The notes under the pieces: model-generated | What the model saw: only the letters and a program-made list of their open reading frames with translations | Told to the model about the DNA's origin: nothing | Databases searched by the model: none | NCBI GenBank assembly: GCA_963727525.1 | Contig: CAVSGO010000003.1 | Location: forward strand, 384,001-448,000 | Reading direction: 5' to 3' | From: an uncultured bacterium | Lineage (GTDB): Bacteria; Krumholzibacteriota; Krumholzibacteriia; LZORAL124-64-63 | Length of the DNA stretch: 64,000 nucleotides | Program-made: the position numbers and the translations under genes | Shown here: in pieces, positions 46,127-55,927 of the stretch | Numbering within the stretch: the first letter of the stretch is position 1 | How the letters are laid out: every line of letters starts with the position of its first letter

Positions 46127-47380
46127 ATGAAGGGCTTATTGCCGTCTCGCCGTATTACCACCGTCTTTATTTCCTTCGTTCTCGCGCTCTGTGCCGTGCC
46201 CGCGCTGGCGATCTGGGAGGTCGTGCCCAGCGGCACCACGGCCGATCTATACGGATTCGGCGAATTCGTCGGCCCGTGGGTCTTCGGTGATGGCGGCACC
46301 CTGCTGAGGTCGACGGACCAGGGCGCGACGTGGAGCCCCGTGGCGACCGGTGTCGGCGTGGCGCTGCACGACATCTTCCAGCCGTCGAGTGCAGAGTTCT
46401 GGATCGCCGGCGACGCCGGCACCGTGATCACCACCGCCAACGGCGGCACGAGCTGGACGCCGCATTTCGTCCCCGACCAGTCCACGGACCTGCGCGCAAT
46501 CTTCTCCCGCGGCAGCGGCGTGGCCTACGTGGCCGGGACCGGCGGCACGATCTTCTTCAGCGACGACGTGGGCATGAACTGGGACACGCAGACCAGCGGT
46601 ACCACCGCCGACCTGCTGGCCGGCATCTGTCCGCAGGGCGGCAGCACGAACCTCGCCGTGGTCGGAGGCGCGGGCGGCGTGATCCTGCGCACCACCGACG
46701 GTGGCACGACCTGGGCGCCACGCACGAGCCAGACCACCGAGGACATCCTCGATTTCACCGTCTCCGGCGCCACAGTGTTCGCGAGCTGCCGCAACGGCAC
46801 GATCCTGCGCTCCACCGACTTCGGCGACACGTGGGAAGTCGCGACCTCCTCGCTCCAGGCCGACATCCACGGCATCGCAACGAGCGGCCAGAACTCCGCG
46901 TTCATGACCGCCTGCGGCACCGCCGGCCGCCTCCTGAAGTCCACCAACGCCGGCGTGAGCTGGTTCACCCAGGCCAGCCCCACCGGAGCCGACCTGTACG
47001 CTGCCGCAGCCCCGAGCAACAGCCTGCATCTGGCCGCCGGCGCCGGTGGCATCATCGTCCGCACCACCGACGGCGGCGGCGGCGCAGTGGCCGTGCCCGA
47101 CGACACGATGCAACCGTGCGTGCTGCACACCCGCGGCGCCAGCCCCAACCCCTTCAATCCCCGCACCGTGATCGCCTTCACCCTGGACGCTCCCCGCCCC
47201 ACCCGCATCGATATCCACGACCTCGCCGGCCGCCACGTGAAGACCCTCGCCGACGGCTGGCGTGCCGCCGGCGAGCATACCGTGACCTTCGCGCCGAACG
47301 AGCTGGCCAGCGGCACCTACGTCTACCGCATCACCGCGGGCGGCGAGGTGGTGACGGGGAAGGTGTTGTTGCTGGAGTAG
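46127..47380 (+). CDS. YCF48-like/BNR beta-propeller protein with FlgD/T9SS-type CTD
   Basis: Repeats G.I.RTTDGG.TW..Q.SGTT.DL; CTD PNPFNP...SGTYVYR...GKVLLLE. Confidence 0.88.
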   Translation: MKGLLPSRRITTVFISFVLALCAVPALAIWEVVPSGTTADLYGFGEFVGPWVFGDGGTLLRSTDQGATWSPVATGVGVALHDIFQPSSAEFWIAGDAGTVITTANGGTSWTPHFVPDQSTDLRAIFSRGSGVAYVAGTGGTIFFSDDVGMNWDTQTSGTTADLLAGICPQGGSTNLAVVGGAGGVILRTTDGGTTWAPRTSQTTEDILDFTVSGATVFASCRNGTILRSTDFGDTWEVATSSLQADIHGIATSGQNSAFMTACGTAGRLLKSTNAGVSWFTQASPTGADLYAAAAPSNSLHLAAGAGGIIVRTTDGGGGAVAVPDDTMQPCVLHTRGASPNPFNPRTVIAFTLDAPRPTRIDIHDLAGRHVKTLADGWRAAGEHTVTFAPNELASGTYVYRITAGGEVVTGKVLLLE

Positions 47381-47541
47381 GGTGTGGATGGAGAGGGAGA
47401 GTGGAGTTACCCCGCTTGTTCGGACGGTCTAGGTCTTTCGTCACGCAGCGTCGGGAGCGTATCTCATCTTGTAGTTGATTTGGGACCGATTCCCGAGCCC
47501 GAGGTGGCGGTGATGCTGGTTGTCGAGGCACTCGATAGGTT

Positions 47542-48764
47542 GTGCCAAGAAGAATGTTGACGAGGCTTCGCACCGCCATCTCGCCTGCTAGGCCCGACTT
47601 TCTCACTACGCGGCGTACGTCAGCTTGTGCCTCCGGTTCACCTTCAATGGCCGCGTCTCGACCCGTCGCCAGTAGTAGTCATCCCACAACGGCGGCAACT
47701 CGATATGCGACACGAACAGCCGCCGCGACAACACCTCCTCCTCGGTCAGGGGCTTCGTGGCGATCCCGATCTGCATCGCCGGCGTGCTCCAGCACCGCTT
47801 CTCCCGACGCAACTTGATCGTGTTGCGCCACACCAGGAAGATCGCCAGCCGGTAGATCGAATGCTGCCGTCGCTTCCCGAACGCGATCGTCTCCCGCGTG
47901 TGGTCTTTCAGACAATGCCGCAGCAACATGTCCAGCAAGTTGACCTCGAACAACGGGTTGCGACTCGTCCGCGGCTCACGGGAGTCGATCGTCTCGTGGA
48001 TCACGTTGCCGTACCGTAGCTTCGCGATCGCATAGGGATAGGTCTTGTGCTTGTCGCTCCAGATGTGGGCCTCGGTGGCGCCGTCGAGCGAGACCGAGAG
48101 CACCTCGAGCAGCGCCCGCATCAACGACCTGGGGTCCGGCCGGCCATAGTTTTGTTCAAAGAGGGACCGTTTCCATTTCTGCTCGTCGGTCATCGCCCCG
48201 CTGCGTCGTCGCTCGGCCTCGGCGAAGTGGATGATGAAGCTGGAGCGGCGATCGACGGCCGTGACGATCTCGTAGGGGAAGTACTGGGAGTGCTCGAAGG
48301 TGACGAGGCCGTCGATGGCGATGTCCACGAAGGGTGACGCCTGGGACACCAGGTGTCGATGGAAGAGGATGCAGTGTCGGCCGAGGCGGGCGAGGAGGTT
48401 GTCGACGGTCGTCGGCGAGGTGTCGAGGAGCCTGGCGATCTGGCGGTTGGCGGCACCTGAGACGGCGTGCTTGTGGACCTTGGGCAGGAGATCGGCGCGT
48501 TTGAGCCAGTATGTGGTGCGGAAGGTCTGGTCTGAGCAGGTCCTGCCGCAGGCCAGGCAGAGGTAGCGCTGGACGGTGTAGGGCGGGGATTTTCGGGAGA
48601 AGGTGCCGAAGAGCGCGAAGGGCCAGGAATGCGGCTGAGGCTTGTGGTATTTGCAGTTAGGGTTGGGGCAGTGGGGAGGAAGCGTAGGGCATGAAGTGAG
48701 GGTTTTGGTGTTCATGAGGACGGGCCCAGGCAAGCGCTGGACCCGTCAACATTCTTCGTGGCAC
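47542..48764 (-). mobile_element. Insertion sequence, IS1/IS1595-like, 1223 bp, 21-bp terminal inverted repeats
   Basis: GTGCCAAGAAGAATGTTGACG (47542-47562) versus CGTCAACATTCTTCGTGGCAC (48744-48764), one mismatch; GTT flanks both sides (possible 3-bp target duplication). Confidence 0.85.
47606..48715 (-). CDS. Transposase (zinc ribbon + HTH + RNase H fold, IS1-like)
   Basis: CPNPNC...QRYLCLAC zinc ribbon; RQIARLL HTH; IDG...WSD...FEVNLLD...RETIAFGK...TPAMQIG. Confidence 0.8.
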   Translation of the reverse strand: MNTKTLTSCPTLPPHCPNPNCKYHKPQPHSWPFALFGTFSRKSPPYTVQRYLCLACGRTCSDQTFRTTYWLKRADLLPKVHKHAVSGAANRQIARLLDTSPTTVDNLLARLGRHCILFHRHLVSQASPFVDIAIDGLVTFEHSQYFPYEIVTAVDRRSSFIIHFAEAERRRSGAMTDEQKWKRSLFEQNYGRPDPRSLMRALLEVLSVSLDGATEAHIWSDKHKTYPYAIAKLRYGNVIHETIDSREPRTSRNPLFEVNLLDMLLRHCLKDHTRETIAFGKRRQHSIYRLAIFLVWRNTIKLRREKRCWSTPAMQIGIATKPLTEEEVLSRRLFVSHIELPPLWDDYYWRRVETRPLKVNRRHKLTYAA

Positions 48765-48798
48765 GTTAGTCTTCGAACGCCACCGTGGGTTGATCGTA

Positions 48799-49311
48799 TC
48801 AGGCGGTCACGTCGACGATCACTCCGGATGTCTCCGCCGGTTGCGAGGTCTTGCTCGGGGCCGGATCCGTCCGCGGCGTCGTCTCGTCGCCGGGCGCCAT
48901 GAGCGCACGCAACCCGTCGGTGAGGCTCTGGAGGGCCGACGCCAGACCGGCGAGGACCTTGTCGCGATTGACCCCGTCGCCATCGCGAGCGTCGTGGAAG
49001 ACATCGTGCAGGTCACTCTTGAACGTGTCCTGCAGATCCTTCACCGCCTGCGCCGTCTCGGCGTTGAGGTCACTCGAACCGAGGGCCGAGCGGATCGCGT
49101 GGCGAACCTCGCGCGTGATCCCGTGCAAATCTTGCTGCCCGTGGGCCCGCCCGTGGTGCTCGTGATGATGCGCGACCCGGTGATCACCCCGAGACTCATC
49201 GGTCGTCGCCGTGGGTTTGGATGGCGTCTGCGTGGCGGCAGTGCTCGGCTGCGTCATCACGGGCCGTGGGTCCGGATAGCTGTAACTATTGGTGGAAGAT
49301 ATGGATAGCAT
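48799..49311 (-). CDS. Hypothetical His-rich low-complexity protein
   Basis: AAGGAG RBS; MLSISSTNSYS start, HHHEHH tract, C-terminal GVIVDVTA. Confidence 0.7.
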   Translation of the reverse strand: MLSISSTNSYSYPDPRPVMTQPSTAATQTPSKPTATTDESRGDHRVAHHHEHHGRAHGQQDLHGITREVRHAIRSALGSSDLNAETAQAVKDLQDTFKSDLHDVFHDARDGDGVNRDKVLAGLASALQSLTDGLRALMAPGDETTPRTDPAPSKTSQPAETSGVIVDVTA

Positions 49312-49370
49312 GGATGGCTCCTTCGCTGGGGCAGCGCCGGGCTCCATCCCGGCAGGCGCAATACTCTATA

Positions 49371-49397
49371 TTTTCGGCCAGTAGCGGCTCGGCTTGA
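49371..49397 (-). promoter_or_regulatory. Sigma28 (FliA/WhiG)-type promoter
   Basis: Minus strand TCAAGCCG-N11-GCCGAAAA versus consensus TAAAGTTT-N11-GCCGATAA; about 60 nt upstream of ATG 49311. Confidence 0.55.
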
Positions 49398-49524
49398 GCC
49401 CGCGGACCGGCAATCGGAGTCATCGCGGCTCCCCCTTTCTTCCGGCCGACGATACTCGCTTTTCATGGGACACTGAAAGCCGATTTCCCGTGAGTGATCG
49501 GCTGCCGTGAGAAAGGACATCCCC

Positions 49525-50340
49525 ATGAAGAACCTGATGTATACGATCGTGACGCTTTGTACGCTCGCCAGCGCCGTTCCGGCCCTCGCCCAGCAGTGGT
49601 ACTGGTTCGGGCCCTACGATCTGTTCCCCGCCGACAGCCGGTTGAGCGTGGTGGGCGGTTCGCCCTCGGCCGCGGCGCGCTTCGTCACCACCTCGCCCGG
49701 CGATCTGCAGTGGGCGTACATGGGCCTCGACCTGCCCGCGAACACGATGATCGACTCGGTGGCCGTGTGTTACCAGCTGCTGAACACGTCCACGTTCATC
49801 TCCGACATCCGCTTCAGCCTCATGGGGCCGCCTGACGTGGCCCAGGTCTACCTCGACCTCGGCACCGACCAGCACAGCCCCACCGCCACGTGCGTGACGC
49901 AGGCCGTCGGACTGACGACGCCCACGCAGGGCATGTTCCACCTTGGGCTGCGCCTGAACTTCGCGTCGGTGACCGACTACGTGGAGATCGGGGCCATCGG
50001 CGTGCTCGTGGAGACGGCGCCCTCGCCGACATCCGCGCCGGGTGGCGGCTCCATCCCGGACGTGCCTCGCCTCCTGGGCCAGAACGCGCCCAACCCGTTC
50101 AACCCCGGCACGAAGATCGCCTTCGAGCTGCCCCACGACGCCCACATCGAGCTCGGCATCTACGACGTGCAGGGCAAGCACGTGGCGACGCTGTTCGACG
50201 GCCTGCAGCGGGCCGGCCGCCACGAGGTGACGTGGAACGGCCGCGACGACGCTGGACAGCCCCAGGCGTCCGGCGTGTACCTCTATCGCCTGCAGGCCGG
50301 AGATCGCGTGGAAACGCAGCGCATGACGCTGGTGCGGTGA
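49525..50340 (+). CDS. Secreted hypothetical protein with FlgD/T9SS-type CTD
   Basis: AAAGGA RBS; signal peptide; QNAPNPFNP...WNGRD...ASGVYLYRL...RMTLVR. Confidence 0.85.
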   Translation: MKNLMYTIVTLCTLASAVPALAQQWYWFGPYDLFPADSRLSVVGGSPSAAARFVTTSPGDLQWAYMGLDLPANTMIDSVAVCYQLLNTSTFISDIRFSLMGPPDVAQVYLDLGTDQHSPTATCVTQAVGLTTPTQGMFHLGLRLNFASVTDYVEIGAIGVLVETAPSPTSAPGGGSIPDVPRLLGQNAPNPFNPGTKIAFELPHDAHIELGIYDVQGKHVATLFDGLQRAGRHEVTWNGRDDAGQPQASGVYLYRLQAGDRVETQRMTLVR

Positions 50341-50349
50341 ACAGCAAGC

Positions 50350-50384
50350 GGGCGGGCGGAAGCTTGGGACCGTACCGCCCGCCC
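50350..50384. terminator. Hairpin between convergent genes
   Basis: GGGCGGGCGG/CCGCCCGCCC stem. Confidence 0.5.
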
Positions 50385-50402
50385 CACCGCTCTCCCACCG
50401 CG

Positions 50403-51761
50403 TCAGAGGGAACGGTCCAGATCGTAGCTGAATGAGATACCGTAGCTCAGCGAGCGAGACAGGTACGTGTCGCCCTCGCTTTCACGCTGGCTGAAGTACA
50501 AGCTCAGACTCGGACGGATCGCGAAACGATCCTCCACGTAAAATGCCGCTTCGGACCGCAGTGTCACGTCCACGCTGCGCCTGATCCTCCGGATATCGGT
50601 GGTCGACTCGATATATTGCAGCTCGTTGTCGAGCGTGTTCGTCCAGAGCATGCGGTCGGCCAGGCACCAGAGATACGAGAACCGCAGGTCGAGGAAGCCC
50701 CAGCCGTTGTCTCTTCTATAGAACAAGTACGAGCTTTCGAGGTCGACCGCGAACTGGTGGGCGAGCGTTGGATTATGCGACCAGCGGGCTCTCAGGACCG
50801 GCCCGATCCGCCAGTACTCCGGGCTCGGATCGACACCCAGATTGTCCGTCGTGATGTCATGCTGGTAGACGGCCTGGCCGACGAGGTCGACTTGCCACCC
50901 CTCGTACCGGGCGCCCACGTCCTCGTCCATGGCCTCGATCAGGTAGAACGTCGCGAACGGGTCGAGGGCTGCGTGCTGGGTGACGGGCCCGAGGACGTCC
51001 TCGTAGTAACGGCGCGACGGCCGTGAGAACACTCTCTGGTACATCGCCCGGCGGCTGATGCCCTGCGCCACGTCCACCACGTCATCCTCGGCGAGGCGCT
51101 CGTGGCCGAGGGCGGCGAGGCGTTCGTTCAACCTGGCGGCACGGATGAGAGGGGTGACGTCGCGAATTCGCCCCAGACCCAGACCGGCCGAGGATCGTGT
51201 CTCGTAGACGCGCCGGTCCTGGCGCGTCGCCGTGGCATCGCCCGAGTCTATCTCCTCCCGCTTCGCGCCGCTGTACCCCCAGTAGCCTCGCGCGCCCAGA
51301 ACCACGGCCCAGCACCGAGATACGTACTGACGATGGGATGCCGACAGATCGACAGTGGTACGGAGGTCGTCGTAAGTGTTCTTCCGCGAGTCGGTGCGGT
51401 CGTTCTGGTGACTCATGGTACTCGAGACGGAGGCGTCGAACTCGGTCTGGCGCGGCTCGCCCTCCCATTGCCAGTGCGCCCCCGAATGCAGATCGAAATT
51501 GACGAGAGCGGACGCAAGCGAGGATTGCGGCGGAGAGGACATGTTCCTCGCGGCGCCGTTGAGGCCACCGTTGAGCGTCCAGATACGCGTCCGCCATGAG
51601 GGTAGGCGGTAGGCGAGCAGGGCGGAGACATCGTGCGAGTCGGCGAAACCCACGCTCGGCGGGTGCTGCCCGGGTTCGGTGATGTCGATGGCGGGCTGGG
51701 CGAGGCTGGCGGTGGTGCAGGAGAGAAGTCCGAGCAGAAGTGTCACTGTCAAGGATCTCAT
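50403..51761 (-). CDS. Putative outer-membrane beta-barrel protein
   Basis: Signal peptide; alternating amphipathic strands; terminal YGISFSYDL; GGAGGG RBS. Confidence 0.65.
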   Translation of the reverse strand: MRSLTVTLLLGLLSCTTASLAQPAIDITEPGQHPPSVGFADSHDVSALLAYRLPSWRTRIWTLNGGLNGAARNMSSPPQSSLASALVNFDLHSGAHWQWEGEPRQTEFDASVSSTMSHQNDRTDSRKNTYDDLRTTVDLSASHRQYVSRCWAVVLGARGYWGYSGAKREEIDSGDATATRQDRRVYETRSSAGLGLGRIRDVTPLIRAARLNERLAALGHERLAEDDVVDVAQGISRRAMYQRVFSRPSRRYYEDVLGPVTQHAALDPFATFYLIEAMDEDVGARYEGWQVDLVGQAVYQHDITTDNLGVDPSPEYWRIGPVLRARWSHNPTLAHQFAVDLESSYLFYRRDNGWGFLDLRFSYLWCLADRMLWTNTLDNELQYIESTTDIRRIRRSVDVTLRSEAAFYVEDRFAIRPSLSLYFSQRESEGDTYLSRSLSYGISFSYDLDRSL

Positions 51762-51865
51762 GGGGCCCTCCAGTCTCGGCCGACGGCGTCTTCTGATGTC
51801 GATAGGAGAGATCCGGGGTGGCGATGACCCGCGTGGCACCCGCATCTTTCGCTCGAAGTTCCCGG

Positions 51866-51900
51866 CAGCCCGAGTGAATACACAGCCCGAGTGAATACAC
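51866..51900 (+). repeat. Perfect 17-bp tandem duplication in a divergent promoter region
   Basis: CAGCCCGAGTGAATACA twice. Confidence 0.9.
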
Positions 51901-51986
51901 TTGATCCGCCGTGCAGTAATATCGTATCATCATGTATCCCCTGAGTCGATACGAACACTTCTCTCCCCTGGGAAGGAATCCCGATC

Positions 51987-52691
51987 ATGTCTCGTTTGTA
52001 TGTGATTGGCATGCTCGCCGCACTCACTCTCGTCGTCGCCTGCGGCGATTCCACCGAGCCGCCACAGGTGTCCAGCGACATCCGCGGTGTCGTGCTCGAT
52101 GCCGCGGGGCAAGCTGTGGATGGCGCCACGGTCGTTCTGCAGTTCGAGAGCGATGTCCCCGTGCCCACGATCGCCGACAAGCCGCAGACGCAGATCCGTT
52201 ACAGTCTCGCGGAGGCGGGCCACGTGGCGGTCTGGGTCGCGTCTTACTGCGACGGCGATACGCTGCGTTTGCTGGTGGATGAAGACAGGCCGGCCGGCAT
52301 CCTGTTGTTCACGTGGGACGGCAGGGACGACGAAGGTCGCGTCGCCCCCGATGGCGTATATCGATTCCACGTGGTGACCGCCGATGGGGAGACGGCGAAC
52401 GAGATGCTTCTGATGTACCTCGGCTACCAGAATGTTGCCGAGGACGCGGTGCTACGCCCGGTGGCCGTCACCGATGCGACGGGCCATTTCGCGATGAGCC
52501 AGGCGTGCCGTGCGCTGGGCTTCGTGTTCCATGCGGTGGATGAACTCGGTACTCCCATCGGCGACTACGAAGTCTCGCATACGGTGCGCGCGTGGGCCGT
52601 GGATCCGGTCACGGACGCCCGCACGGCCGGCGACTGGGTGACGGTGGATCCGGCGTCCGGTGCTGACATGACGGTGACGCTCGGGCCGTAG
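51987..52691 (+). CDS. Lipoprotein with an internal FlgD Ig-like domain
   Basis: LVVA-C lipobox; TQIRYSL...LRLLVD...WDGRDDEGR...DGVYRF inserted in a carboxypeptidase-regulatory-like sandwich. Confidence 0.8.
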   Translation: MSRLYVIGMLAALTLVVACGDSTEPPQVSSDIRGVVLDAAGQAVDGATVVLQFESDVPVPTIADKPQTQIRYSLAEAGHVAVWVASYCDGDTLRLLVDEDRPAGILLFTWDGRDDEGRVAPDGVYRFHVVTADGETANEMLLMYLGYQNVAEDAVLRPVAVTDATGHFAMSQACRALGFVFHAVDELGTPIGDYEVSHTVRAWAVDPVTDARTAGDWVTVDPASGADMTVTLGP

Positions 52692-52711
52692 TACACCTAT
52701 TCCTGCCGATC

Positions 52712-52740
52712 GCGCCGCCCGATCCTGCGCCGGGCGGCGC
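52712..52740 (+). terminator. Hairpin after the lipoprotein gene
   Basis: GCGCCGCCCG/CGGGCGGCGC stem. Confidence 0.5.
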
Positions 52741-52846
52741 CCCCCTCCCCGGTGGCGCGCTTGGTGGCATCGGCGCTATATTCTTTCGCTATACGGAAAC
52801 TCCTTGATCGAAACCCGCGGGCGTGCGCCCGGGAAAGGCAAGCAAG

Positions 52847-53527
52847 ATGAAGAGCAGGACTCTCGTCCTCATCATCGCGATCATCCTGGGCCTCGTGATC
52901 GTTCTCGGCTCGGTGGGCTGTGCCAGCATGAGCCGGCAGCAGAAGGGTGCCGTGATCGGCGCCGGTTCCGGCGCCGTAGTGGGTGGGGTGATCGGTAAGC
53001 AGGCGGGCAATACCGTCCTGGGCGCCATCCTGGGCGCCGCGGTCGGTGGCGCGGCCGGTGCGTACATCGGCAACGTCATGGACAAGCAGGCGGCCGAGAT
53101 CGAGCGGGACCTCGAAGGCGCCACCGTGGAACGTGTGGGCGAGGGTATCAAGATCACCTTCGACTCCGGTCTGCTCTTCGACGTCAACAAGGCCAACGTC
53201 AAATCCGCCTCGCGCGACGAGCTGGTGAAGCTGGCCGCGATCCTCAACAAGTACGGCGATACGAGGGTGCTCATCGAGGGCCACACCGACAACACAGGAT
53301 CCGACGAGTACAACCTCACCCTCTCGCGCAACCGCGCGGAGGCCGTGGCCGCGGTGCTGGCGGGCCAGAGCGTCGACGCCACGCGCTTCACCGTGATGGG
53401 CTATGGCGAGAGCCAGCCGCGCTACGACAACAGCACCACCGAGGGGCGTGCCGGCAACCGGCGCGTCGACCTGGCGATCATGGCCAACGACAAGCTCAAG
53501 AAGGTCGCGAAGGAAAAGGTGGGTTGA
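52847..53527 (+). CDS. OmpA family lipoprotein with glycine zipper
   Basis: SVG-C lipobox; GAVIGAGSGAVVGG zipper; EGHTD, LSRNRA, GYGE, NRRV. Confidence 0.93.
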   Translation: MKSRTLVLIIAIILGLVIVLGSVGCASMSRQQKGAVIGAGSGAVVGGVIGKQAGNTVLGAILGAAVGGAAGAYIGNVMDKQAAEIERDLEGATVERVGEGIKITFDSGLLFDVNKANVKSASRDELVKLAAILNKYGDTRVLIEGHTDNTGSDEYNLTLSRNRAEAVAAVLAGQSVDATRFTVMGYGESQPRYDNSTTEGRAGNRRVDLAIMANDKLKKVAKEKVG

Positions 53528-54570
53528 GCACCACGGCGGCGGCCGGGAAAGCGCAGCGCGGTTCTTCCCTCGCGCAGGGCCTCGCGCTCTGCCTGGGTCT
53601 CGCGGTCGTGGCCTGGTTCCTCGGCAAGGGCGTGCCCGTGGTGGGCGGCGCCGTGTTCGGCATCGTGCTCGGCCTGGTCGTGGGCGCCGTGCGCCGTCCG
53701 GGCGAGGCGCTGCGCCCGGGAATCCGCTTCACCAGCCGCAACGTGCTGCAGTACGCCATCATCCTGCTCGGCTTCGAGATGCAGATCGGCAACGTGATCC
53801 GCGTGGGTGCGGACTCGCTCTCGGTCATGCTCTTCACCCTCGCCGCTGCCTTCCTCACCGCGTACCTCGCCGGCAAGCAATTGCATCTGCACCGCAACAC
53901 CGCCGTGCTCATCGGCATGGGCACGGCCATCTGCGGCGGCTCGGCCATCGCGGCGGCGGCGCCCATCGTGCAGGCCGACGATGAGGAGGTGGCGCAGGCC
54001 ATTTCCACCATCTTCGCCTTCAACGTGGTGGCGGTGTTCCTCTTCCCGGCGCTGGGGCGGCTCATGCACCTCACCGACACCGGTTTCGGCGTGTGGGCGG
54101 GCACGGCGGTGAACGACACCTCGTCGGTCGTGGCCACGGCGTCGGCGTGGAGCCAGGCCGCCGGCTCGAATACTGCCCTCGCGCTGGCCACCATCGTCAA
54201 GCTCACGCGCACGCTCATGATCATCCCCGTGGCGCTGGCGCTTTCAGTGTTCATGATGCGCCAGCACGCGCACGCAGGAAAGGCTTCGGGTCAGGGCTTC
54301 TCGTTTGTGCGCATCTTCCCCTGGTTCGTGCTCGGCTTCGTGGCCACCACGCTCGTGAACTCGTTCGTGCCTTTGCCCGCGGGCGCGGCGCACGACGCCG
54401 TGATCGCCGGCAAGTTCCTCATCGTGGCGGCGATGGTGGCGATCGGCCTGGGCACGAGTATCCGGCGCCTGCTGGCTAGCGGCGTGCGGCCCATCCTGCT
54501 GGGGCTGCTGTGCTGGATCGCCGTGGCCGTGGTGTCGCTGGTGGTGCAACGCCTTACCGGGCGGATCTAG
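53524..54570 (+). CDS. YeiH/UPF0324 putative sulfate exporter family membrane protein
   Basis: GTAICGGSAIAA, GTAVNDTSSVVA, VKLTRTL, FPWFVLGF. Confidence 0.9.
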   Translation: MSTTAAAGKAQRGSSLAQGLALCLGLAVVAWFLGKGVPVVGGAVFGIVLGLVVGAVRRPGEALRPGIRFTSRNVLQYAIILLGFEMQIGNVIRVGADSLSVMLFTLAAAFLTAYLAGKQLHLHRNTAVLIGMGTAICGGSAIAAAAPIVQADDEEVAQAISTIFAFNVVAVFLFPALGRLMHLTDTGFGVWAGTAVNDTSSVVATASAWSQAAGSNTALALATIVKLTRTLMIIPVALALSVFMMRQHAHAGKASGQGFSFVRIFPWFVLGFVATTLVNSFVPLPAGAAHDAVIAGKFLIVAAMVAIGLGTSIRRLLASGVRPILLGLLCWIAVAVVSLVVQRLTGRI

Positions 54571-54649
54571 CCCGGACTATTCATGGCTCCTGACGCGCAC
54601 TCGGGGCACTCCTGACTGCCGGTCCTGACGTATCGGTGATCCGTCTCCC

Positions 54650-55150
54650 TCACTCCGCGACCCATACCGCCACCACCTCGCCGATGAAGACCCGGTGATA
54701 GTCTCGCCGCGGGTATTGCGATTCGATCGTGGGGTCGAGGAACCGCGCCGGGTCGAGGTCGAGCGTGGCGCGTACGCTTGCTTCCAGCGCCAGCACCGCG
54801 CCGGCAACCCTCGGCACCGTTACCGCGGCCGACGGCGCGGCGCGCAGTCCGGTGGCCGCCCACTTGTCGGTGTCGCGGCCGGAGCGCGAGCCGCACAGAT
54901 CGAGCGCGGCCTTCATCGCCGGAGGCAGGAAACTGAGTGTGAACTCGGGGTGCGCGTCGAGCAGGCCGCAAGTGAACCGCGTCGGGCGGACGTAGACCGT
55001 CACCACGGGCCGGTTCCAGAGCGTGCCAAGCCCGCCCCAAGAGACCGTCATCGGATTGGGTCGCTCGCGGCCGCCCACCAGCAGCGCCCACTCCGCGTCC
55101 AGGATGTGGAACGGCCGCAGGGTGAGTTCAGCAGGTTCGATTCTGCGCAT
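54650..55150 (-). CDS. Flavin reductase family protein
   Basis: NPMTVSWGGLG.LW, YVRPTR, CGSRSGRD.DK, YHRVFIGEV. Confidence 0.88.
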   Translation of the reverse strand: MRRIEPAELTLRPFHILDAEWALLVGGRERPNPMTVSWGGLGTLWNRPVVTVYVRPTRFTCGLLDAHPEFTLSFLPPAMKAALDLCGSRSGRDTDKWAATGLRAAPSAAVTVPRVAGAVLALEASVRATLDLDPARFLDPTIESQYPRRDYHRVFIGEVVAVWVAE

Positions 55151-55282
55151 GGCTCTCCTTCTTCAGTGGATCACGACCAACGTCCTGACGCCGCGGGTCT
55201 CGTCAAATGACGCGATCGATGATAACATGGGAGATCACGCAATGCATTCGATCCGAGCATTCCCACTCGAGGAGGATCGGCC

Positions 55283-55927
55283 ATGGCCGTCAAGATCTCC
55301 CTGAGGCCCAATGGCCCTATCATACTGGACGCCGAGGGCGAACACTTCCCGGTCCTGCGTAGCGCCACGGGTGAGGATATGCCGCTCACGAAGAAGGCCT
55401 TCCTGTGCCGTTGCGGCGAGTCCCGCAACAAACCGTTCTGCGACGGGTCGCACGCTGTTGCCGGCTTCAACGACGAGAACCGTTGTACCCGAGATGCTCT
55501 GCTGGACGCCGAGGCGCCGGGCATCACCGTCCACTTCAACCGTGCGATCTGCTCCGGAGCCGGCGAATGCGTGCGCAACCTGCCGTCGGTTTTCTTGAGC
55601 GGCGTGAAGGACTGGATCCGACCCGATCAGGCCACGGTCGACGAGGTCGTCGCCACGGTGCGGCGCTGTCCTTCGGGAGCCCTGACCTACACGGTCGATG
55701 GGAAGACCGTGACGAGTGCGGAGACCGAGGTCTCGGTGCGCGTCGTCGCCAATGGTCCGTACGAGATCACCGGTCCCGTGGAGTTCGACCCGCCCCGGTG
55801 GAGCACCAACGCGTCGCGAACCCGCTTCACCCTGTGCCGTTGCGGCAAGACGTCCAATGCACCCTTCTGTGATTACTCCCACGGGGAGCAGGGGTGGCAG
55901 GACGGCACCAGGTCCAGGCTCACCTGA
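55283..55927 (+). CDS. CDGSH iron-sulfur protein with central divergent ferredoxin domain
   Basis: LCRCGESRNKPFCDGSH; CSGAGEC...CPSGAL; LCRCGKTSNAPFCDYSH. Confidence 0.9.
   Translation: MAVKISLRPNGPIILDAEGEHFPVLRSATGEDMPLTKKAFLCRCGESRNKPFCDGSHAVAGFNDENRCTRDALLDAEAPGITVHFNRAICSGAGECVRNLPSVFLSGVKDWIRPDQATVDEVVATVRRCPSGALTYTVDGKTVTSAETEVSVRVVANGPYEITGPVEFDPPRWSTNASRTRFTLCRCGKTSNAPFCDYSHGEQGWQDGTRSRLT

Noticed and set aside
46200-47100. Internal DNA repeats in the beta-propeller gene
   Set aside because: Explained by protein-level BNR/YCF48 blade repeats.
54580-54630. Three TCCTGAC heptamers between convergent genes
   Set aside because: Too short and irregularly spaced to support a functional repeat.
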